This document shows positions 54,110 to 64,000 of a DNA stretch of 64,000 nucleotides, piece after piece; the stretch's first letter is position 1, and each line of letters starts with the position of its first letter. Made by a program: the position numbers and the translations under genes. The stretch is from Octopus vulgaris (taxonomy: Eukaryota). The notes beneath the pieces are model-generated. The model was not told where the DNA came from. It made no database searches and was given only the letters and a program-made list of their open reading frames with translations. Location: NCBI GenBank assembly GCA_951406725.2, contig OX597842.1, forward strand, positions 19,716,001-19,780,000, read 5' to 3'.

Positions 54110-54648
54110 GTCTCTTCTGTGTTTAGCCCCTTGTGGGTAATTAAGAAATAGAAATGAACCCTGAATAGCCCTGAGCTTGTTAGCACCTTTGTCTATTTTA
54201 CACGCTGGCATGGCTTGGATGGTTAGAAAGGTGCTAACAAGCTGAGGGCTGTTCAGAGTTCATTTCTATTTCTTTGTCCCCTCTGTGTTTAGCCCCTTGT
54301 GGGTAATTAAGAAATAGAAATGAACCCTGAATAGCCCTGAGCTTGTTAGCACCTTTGTCTATTTTACACGCTGGCATGGCTTGGATGGTTAGAAAGGTGC
54401 TAACAAGCTGAGGGCTGTTCAGAGTTCATTTCTATTTCTTTGTCCCCTCTGTGTTTAGCCCCTTGTGGGTAATTAAGAAATAGAAATGAACCCTGAATAG
54501 CCCTGAGCTTGTTAGCACCTTTGTCTATTTTACACGCTGGCATGGCTTGGATGGTTAGAAAGGTGCTAACAAGCTGAGGGCTGTTCAGAGTTCATTTCTA
54601 TTTCTTTGTCCCCTCTGTGTTTAGCCCCTTGTGGGTAGTAAAGAAATA
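54110..54648. repeat. 166-bp tandem repeat x3, each unit containing a 132-nt hairpin
   Basis: Hairpins start at 54143, 54309 and 54475; 48-bp arms. Confidence 0.92.
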
Positions 54649-57600
54649 CATTCTTCCATGATGAAACTTTTTGAGGTGAATTTTCTTGGTGCTGATGTCC
54701 CTCCTGTGGCCAACCTTCACCTGATGTCTTGCAAACAACTTGCACATTCAAGTGCTACCAGTCAAAAGCTCCGTATACCTGAAGCCAGCAAGTGCATGGG
54801 GTCATCAGCAGAGAATGCACACCGTTTCGGGGCCTACCTCTCGATGGCATCAATGCGCACCGCCCTCCCCCTCACTGATATGAGGCCCCGCTTCCTAGAT
54901 CAGCTGGTTATCAAGTTAAGCTCAATATCCTTCTAGCCAAACTAAGGTATTTCCCCATGACCTGACATGTTTTTATGTCAGATTGGAGATGGACACTGCT
55001 TGTATAACAGTGACACTCGTTTACAATTATCACACAGTCTCAAGGCAAGGATATAGTAACACACACACACATTCATAAGCCCCTCACACTTCTATGAAAC
55101 ATACCCCTCTATCCTCTGTACCACTAATATTCCCCCACCACCTCTACTTTTTGTGTATGTCCTCATACAACTCCAACACCATCCATTTCTCTCTATATAT
55201 CTGAAAACAATTATAATAATAATATTTTATCTATTCTAAATGATCTTGACATTGTTTTTGACTTTGCATAAAATATTCTTTACATTCTACTGTTGTTTTA
55301 TTGTCATTTATTTACAAGTATTATAAATTTTATTGGTAAAATATTTTTCTGGGAATGAATTACAATTTATAACATTGCTTCTATGGGAAATTATTGCTTT
55401 GCTTTATGAGTTATCACTGCTTTTTACATTGCACCAGACACATTTCCTCTCCAAAACTACTTTAAAACGTTTTCCAATGGCTGAATGACGAAACGTATTA
55501 ATCTGGTTTCTGCCCTAAATATTCTGGTAAAGTAAGGATGCATCTTGTACACCAGCAAATACTCAGTGAAGTGCAAGTAAATCAGTTGACCATAAGATTG
55601 ACTCCTCGTTGTGAAACGACGGAGATCCACCACCGTTATAAGCCTATGAAGCCATCTAAAGATCGAATGCTTCTTTTTCCCGTAATTAGGCTCATGCCCT
55701 TGCTTATCTCCCTTTACTCACTAATTTTCCTTATCGTCTTTCAATGAATTAATACCAACACATTTCTCTCAGATCTAATCCCTTCCTCTAATCAATGCTG
55801 GCATTTTTTTTTGGAATATTATATGGAGCTGCTTTCTTGGTACTACTAGCGAACAGTGGTCCCAGTGCGCTAGCTAGACGCAGGTAGTCGATCCTACGAC
55901 TTTTTAACCCTAACCTTTGTTTATAAAAATAATTCATTTACTTAGTTTAAAAAATTATTTAGGATCGATTACTTATGTCTAGCTAGCGCGAGTGCGCGCA
56001 CCTGAACCACTGTTAGCTAGTAGTACCCAACCGTGTACAATTACTAACATTTTCTCACACTAAACCATCCCTCCTACTAAAAAATATCCTTCTTCTAGAG
56101 GCACAAGCCCTGAAATTTGGCGGATGGGGGTCTAGTCAATTGGGACTTACTTTATCGACCCCGAAACGATGAAAGTCGACCCTGACGGAATATGAACTCA
56201 GATCTCTGGGATGATGTCGAGCTAGCAGAAACGTTAGCACGCCAGGCGAAATGCCTAGTGGTATTTCGTCTGCAGTTACGCAGTTACATTGTGAGTTCAA
56301 ATTCCGCCGAGGTCGACTTTGCCTTACATCGTTTCGGGGTTGGTAAATTAAGTACCAGTTATGCACTGGGGTCGATGCAATCGACTTAATACCTATGCCT
56401 GTCCCCTGTGGGCAGTAAAGAAATAGGTTAGGGAGCTGAGCAGCGGAGGAAGCACGCACAAGCAGGGTACGATTGCGCCCTTTTCAATCGGGGAAACCGT
56501 GAGTGCTTCGACAAGGTGAGGGATAGCAGCTGCTATTTTTAGCGTTTTGGGGACGGGCCACGTAGAAAGACTTCCGTCCGTCCCTAGCCCATTTTCTCCC
56601 AAATCTATTTATTTTTGTAACCCTTTTTGCCAACATTCCCCTCGTCCCCAACTTCTTCAATTTTGACTTTTCTCCCCAACACTAACCCTAAAACCGTAAC
56701 TCTTTTACTTGTTTCAGTCAATTTACCGCGGCCATGCCGGAGCATCACCGTTAGTCGAGCAAATCGACCCTAGGACTTATTCTTTGTAAGATACACAAAC
56801 ATATACACACATACGATGGGTCTCTACCAAATCCACTCACAAGGTTTTGGTAGAAGACACTCGCCCAAGGTGCCACGCAGTGGGACTGAACCCCCACAAA
56901 AAATTCTTTAGGTTTTCCTCTGACGTAACTTGACAAAATCAAAACTCTGTGGAAGCAAACGACAGTTCGATTCTGTCTTCTGCTTTGAAATTTAACGGAT
57001 TTTTCATACACAAACGAAATGGGTAAGAACGAATATGCAAGGCTTTTTTTTCTTCAAGTTGAAAATGGGGCCTTGCTGGCATAATTTCGTTACATCTATA
57101 CTCCACAACCCACGGAAATACCCAAAGTGAAATGCTTTGATCGAAGGAATGCCAAATTTTACAGACATTTGGAAACTTTTTTCAGAATCAGAATCTCCGC
57201 ACATTTTGAAAAAAAATTAGTGAAAAATGAAGGAAATAAGTCGGGGTTATATAATAGAAACGGGCGATCTTTCGTCTCTAGCAGACCTTTCCGTAGATTT
57301 CCGTAAAAAAATTTCTTTTTTACATATGGGCTTGTGGGAAATTTTGAAGTAATATACATACATATACACATACACCGAGTAAAAAATTTCAGTTATCTCT
57401 TTCTTTCACACACAAACAGAAGCACTTCACTTACACAACATACTGTCCGTCTCCCACACCCCACCAAACACACACACACACACACACATGTACATCAATG
57501 CTTCCCATGCACGGTAACTTCAAAAGAACTTCCCTCGTCATACAATCGCTTTCTCTTAGTCTCTTTCGCTCTCATTACTTCAAAAGTTCCCGCAAGCCCA

Positions 57601-58627
57601 TGTAAAAAAAAAAAAATTTATACAGAAAGGTCTACTAGAGACGAAAGATTGCCTAGAAATGTCTACTTTTGCCAATTTTTTTTGCAGATTCGTATTCCCC
57701 GCCGGCACCAAGCAGGCTATCCGCGTGCCAGAAATAACAGCCAAATCTCCAAAACTGCGATAACAGTACGAAAGAAACCTGTAAACAACCTACTCACCTT
57801 TGCACATTCTTCTATCAGAAACCTCCCGCAGTAACGACAAAGTAAAGATATAAAAAAATAAGTGCGGAAATAACAAAAAATAACCAGCGCAAAACATCGC
57901 ATGCTTTTGGAACTGAAAATGTGCATTATAAGGGGAAAATCGGATCCTGGTCCCCACCCGTCAGGATCGTTTGCGCAAATCCTTCCTATTCATATTCGAT
58001 TTCTACACAATTACTGGAACTCCTCGGTTTGAACGGCAGTTCTTTCTAGCGGTGTCATGAAATTATCACCCATAATTATGACCCTAATATCGATCTATTG
58101 CATTTCAATCTGTTTTAGGGTTAGTGGGGAAAGGATATAATTTTCTCCTCAGAAATGTAAATAAACCCAATGTTTCTTAAACGAGGGACATTCATACGGC
58201 ACAGAATGTCTCTCTACCTCAACAGAGTATCTCTATTATGATCATGGCGATTTTACATAAAGAGACAATACAGGACAAACAAAAGACAAAGATGCTATAT
58301 GAGGTCGCATAGAGTAAATATTAAAAATTTACTTAAATAATACGTACTTTATATATCGTACTAAAAACTTAGAACTTTGATTTAAACTGAAACAAAGCCA
58401 ATAGATACACACCGTTACCTCAATAGACGTCAGTTTTACAAACACACTAACAGTATACGAAGTTTAAAAGTTCTTAGTTACCTAGAAATTGTTAAAAACT
58501 GCCGCTCAAACCGAAAAGATCCCAATTGCTAACACCCAGCAAGCTGGAATTTCTCCTGTTTTCGCCATGGAGCGAGGATCTTAAGCATATCAACGGTCGA
58601 AAGAGAATACTCAGGATATAACGTGGC

Positions 58628-58642
58628 GGCCCTAAAAGGGCC
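58628..58642 (-). promoter_or_regulatory. Histone 3' stem-loop (H3 copy 2), 3-nt loop variant
   Basis: GGCCCT-TTT-AGGGCC (15 nt). Confidence 0.85.
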
Positions 58643-58656
58643 ATTTAAAATGCTGA

Positions 58657-59622
<966 letters not shown>

Positions 59623-62440
59623 GCGAACATTCCTAAGCTTATTCAAGAGCATACCGGCCCTTTTCAGGGCCACCCACTTTTTAATTTAAGTCAACTCTCC
59701 TAAATCGCGATGTGCTTCTGTGTTTATTGTTATTTTGCAACTACTGGTATTTAACGCGCCCCTTGGTGGGAAAACTTTGTTCACACCCTTTTGGGGAAAA
59801 AAATTATTTCACACCGATGTACGACCCTTTACGAAATATTTACTTTCGGTCCACACTTTTCGGGGGCGATCTTTCGGTATAACTATCGTAAGTGGCTTTG
59901 TTACATTTCTGAAGATAAACCCTTTACTCCCACCAACCTTGAATCCCCTATATATATAAATACACTTTGTTGAAATGTATCCGGTACTTCTTCCGAAGTT
60001 ACGCCTTTTCGGGAAAGCGTTAGGGGTAAGCTCTAGTCCGTGTGTATCATAAGGAAGGGTGGCTTGCCTTTGCAAATACTGATAGGGCACAGAGTGTCTA
60101 AAGCCAACTGGAGGTGTCCTCCTGGGGCTACAAACTACAGTAGCATCCACCCTTAGGGGTTAGCCATATTTAAATGGCAAATACACGTCACGGTTAGGGG
60201 ATCGGCTGCACGAAGTATTTGCCCCCAGACCATCTGCGTTTTCTTTATCGTTAAATCAGATATTTCGGGACACTTGCATCGCCCTAGTGCAGAATATTCT
60301 GTGCAAACACTTGGATGCGATTGCTGATTCACAGGGACTGGCAGATTTCTCTTTAGAAAGTCTAGTAACACTTAGGAGCATTATTGGTAGCCGTAAGTTT
60401 AGTACCCGGTCACCAATCTAATAGACAAGATGTACTTTGCTAACTATAATCGATTGTTCAGTGGAGAAAATCTGCAGCCTCTTAATGCGGGTGGAGTTTG
60501 TTTTTGGCTACGTATTTCGGTACTACTTAAGAAGGGCCCGGTGCGCGCGCACTCGCGTTAGCTAGTCATGAATAGTCGATCCTACGACGACTACCTAGCA
60601 AAGTAAAATAATTTTTTTTACACAAAGTAAATAAAAAACATACAAAATAAGGATCGACTAATTGCGAGTGCGCGCACCAGGACCACGCTTCTTAAGTAGT
60701 ACCCATATTTCCCTCCGATATTCATGGGATCGGACGGCTGTCTCTGCTAATATCGTTAATGAGCTTTGTTATTGCATAATCGTTCCATTGTGCTGAAGAC
60801 AATCGGAGATGTTAGGAAATTTCATAAAAGTGGGAAAAGTTGGCGGTTTTGCTACGTGCTTCTGTCAGAACTCCGGCCGCATTTGGAGACTGCAATACTT
60901 TAATCCGGGTGCAGGGTTGAATCTGTCTACACTTTTTACCGCTTTTTATCTTCATTGTTTACTTTTCCCTATTTAATTTTCATTGTAATTTCATTCCTTT
61001 ATAAATAACTCATCCGATTTCATATCAGTTATTTAAGCTAACGATTCCTCCGTGGTGGTTTGCAATTTAGAAATAGTTTATTCAAATAATAAAGAAATAT
61101 ATAGTATTTTATCAGATCTTCGGTGTTGGAGTTATTGTACTGATGACAAACAAACCCAGCTGCTAACTGCAGGCGTTACGCCTCGACAGGACAACGCCTT
61201 TAATGAAATTTCACATAAATACCTAATTAAATTCTCAGTCGGTTATTAGTTCAGTTTAAGTAAAACATTTCATTCCATGTGCATTATTCATTATTTTGTT
61301 TTTAAAAAGGAATTCACACCAAATCTACACAAATGACCACCACCGCGATCACATACACACGTGCGTGTGTATATGTGGCTATATGTCTGACTAATGTGTG
61401 TGTCTGTATTTATTGTATGTGTGTAAAGTAGTTATGCTTATATTATCCATTATAGTAATATTTGTCTGTTGAAATCCGTTTTAAGGCGGTCAATAGTTTA
61501 ATTAAAGATGTGTCTATACATGTGTAATGTATACACATGTATATATATATAATCATGCGAACTTACATAGACAATTACAAAGAATGTTATGAGTTCGAAT
61601 GAGACTTAAAAATTTAGTTGTAATATGACATAAACGAAAACTTGGCTTACTTTTGCCTTTACGAGAACTTCTTCTGGAGACACGGAAGAGGTACGTTGGC
61701 GCATTTAATACTACACACAGGTCTTCGTACACCAGTTAGCCCTGTTTACTTGCCTATTGATGGCTAAAATATGAAAATAAGGAAGGTATCAGATGGTTGT
61801 TAGTTACAAGCCCTTAACTTTTTCTGAGAGAGCAATTAACAACAATTAAGAATTTGCCTGTTTTCTGTTTTGTTTTAATTTATAGAATAAAATATTTAAA
61901 AATGAATGGACCCGCCCACTTTTTAAACATCTTCGACGCAAACCCCCTTTTTCGGTTACGGTGAATTCGAATCTGCAAAATAAATTGGCAAAAAAATAAC
62001 AATCAACATTTCTAAACTACCACCCGTTTCCTTCATTTTTTACAGAAATCTTTTAGGAACTAACTTATTCTAAATATGCGGAAAAATACGGACAAAAGTC
62101 TCCAAACTATCCTGTAATTACGGTTAAGGTTAGCGCTGGGGGACACCAGACAAAATTGAAGTTGGAGGGATTTCTTAAATTTCAAAAAAGTATCATTAAA
62201 AACTTGCAAACATGTTCGTTTATATATTCGCGTGAGTATACAAATACCTGTGCTTCGATGTACACAAATTGTTTCCACCCCCAATCCATTCTATGACTGT
62301 TGTCTCCTGCGCAAAGCCTGGAGAAATTAACCCCAAAAACATGGATCGCAAATCGGCAGAAAATCTGAATCAACTTTCATGAGAATGTGGGTGGCCCTGA
62401 AAAGGACCGTTATTCTTCGATGAAGAGAAACGAAGCAGGT

Positions 62441-62818
62441 TTATTTGCTGCTAGTGTATTTGGTGACGGCCTTGGTACCCTCAGAGACGGCGTGTTTGGC
62501 CAACTCACCAGGAAGGAGAAGACGGACAGCAGTCTGCACCTCACGGCTACTGATGGTCGAACGTTTGTTGTAGTGAGCCAAGCGGCTGGATTCAGAAGCT
62601 ATTCTTTCGAACAGATCGTTGACAAAACTGTTCATGATGGACATAGCTTTGCTGGAGATGCCAGTGTCCGGGTGGACTTGCTTCATCACTTTGTAGATGT
62701 AGATGGAATAACTTTCCTTCCTCTTCTTCTTACGTTTCTTGTCCCCGGCAGGGCGAGAGGTCTTGGCCTTGGAAGCCTTCTTGGCTCCTTTCGAAGCAGT
62801 TGCTGGTGCTGGTGGCAT
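62441..62818 (-). CDS. H2B: Histone H2B (copy 2)
   Basis: ATG at 62818; identical protein; stem-loop at 62393-62408. Confidence 0.98.
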   Translation of the reverse strand: MPPAPATASKGAKKASKAKTSRPAGDKKRKKKRKESYSIYIYKVMKQVHPDTGISSKAMSIMNSFVNDLFERIASESSRLAHYNKRSTISSREVQTAVRLLLPGELAKHAVSEGTKAVTKYTSSK

Positions 62819-63087
62819 AATGTCACTTGCTCTCCTAATCAACCCTCGTCCACGCTATTTATAATTGACAAGTAGGCTCAGCCGAGCACCTTGCTGACGT
62901 TTCGCGCCGATCAATTTCATTGGTGGAATTTGACAGCAGTCTAATCACGTGACATAAACCCGCTCCTTTTTCGCTCGGCAGTTTGTGGCTGCTGGAGCCT
63001 CATGACTGCTATTTAAAGGCAAAAGCCGCCGTCTTTTTTAAACTTTGGCCGTCTTCTTTGTTGAGAACTACTGTCGAACTTTGAAAT

Positions 63088-63465
63088 ATGTCTGGACGTG
63101 GTAAAGGAGGAAAAGTAAAGGGAAAGAGCAAGACCCGTTCGTCCCGTGCCGGACTTCAGTTCCCTGTCGGTCGTATCCACCGTCTTCTCCGTAAGGGAAA
63201 TTATGCCCAACGTGTCGGTGCCGGAGCCCCAGTCTACTTGGCCGCTGTGATGGAATATTTGGCTGCTGAGGTGTTGGAATTGGCAGGAAATGCTGCCAGA
63301 GATAACAAGAAATCGAGAATCATTCCCCGTCACTTGCAGTTGGCCATCCGTAACGACGAAGAATTGAACAAACTTTTGTCCGGAGTGACCATCGCCCAGG
63401 GTGGTGTTCTTCCCAACATTCAGGCTGTTCTTCTGCCCAAGAAAACCCAGAAGGCTTCCAAGTAA
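63088..63465 (+). CDS. H2A: Histone H2A (copy 2)
   Basis: Identical protein; stem-loop at 63504-63519. Confidence 0.99.
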   Translation: MSGRGKGGKVKGKSKTRSSRAGLQFPVGRIHRLLRKGNYAQRVGAGAPVYLAAVMEYLAAEVLELAGNAARDNKKSRIIPRHLQLAIRNDEELNKLLSGVTIAQGGVLPNIQAVLLPKKTQKASK

Positions 63466-64000
63466 ATTAATTCGGTGGCATTTTTTGCTTTATCCGTATC
63501 AACGGCCCTTTTCAGGGCCTCTCACACTCTGCGTATTCGTCTTCTCTCGACTTAATATTTGCGATTTATAATCTGTCAAAACTATGTTATTTGGTATTGG
63601 TGCCGAATGAATGTTTTATTATTTATTCTTTCACCCGCATAATTTTCACTAGACGAAGAATACTCTTTTGTATGGGATCAGGAACCGCTGACCTCAAGGT
63701 GTGCGGTACTATTTAAGCAGAGTGGTCCCGGTGTGTTTGAGAATGTTTTTATGAGACACGGCTTTTTTTTTTTTTACTTATATTCCATACTTTGTTTAAA
63801 AGCAGCGGATATTTAACAAAAGCTGCTGCTCGGGGTTTCACGTTCCCGTTTGTCGGACAGTTTTGTTTGAAATACGGAGGGACTGTCCGGCGAACGGAAG
63901 CGTAAAGCCCCGGGTAGCAGCATTAGAATTTCTGCTGCTTTTAAATAAGGCATATTACTCTACTTATGGTATTTGAGTACGCTTTTTTTCCACCTTTTTT

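Overview
AT-rich, repeat-dense eukaryotic DNA. It is most consistent with an octopus (coleoid cephalopod) genome, inferred from the SINE families and CDICGKSF-type C2H2 arrays. Two copies of a replication-dependent core histone quartet (H3<- H4-> ... H2B<- H2A->, each with a 3' stem-loop, no H1 seen) bracket the window about 55 kb apart. Between them lie two tandem C2H2 zinc-finger paralogs (one intact with 8 fingers, one disrupted) and many SINEs, LINE fragments, MITEs, piggyBac/pogo/mariner relics and satellites. Manual splicing of the minus strand reveals a 4-coding-exon gene that the ORF track misses (37395->31429). It encodes a 155-aa type I membrane protein: signal peptide, one atypical Ig-like domain lacking the canonical B-F cysteines, Pro-rich stalk, Gly-rich TM and 6-aa tail. 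Two of its introns carry sense-strand hammerhead ribozyme motifs of the kind known from Penelope-like elements. Other notable structures are a 2.3-kb foldback built from 6+6 inverted ~147-bp units and three identical tandem 132-nt hairpins. All calls are from reading the sequence by eye; no database search was run.
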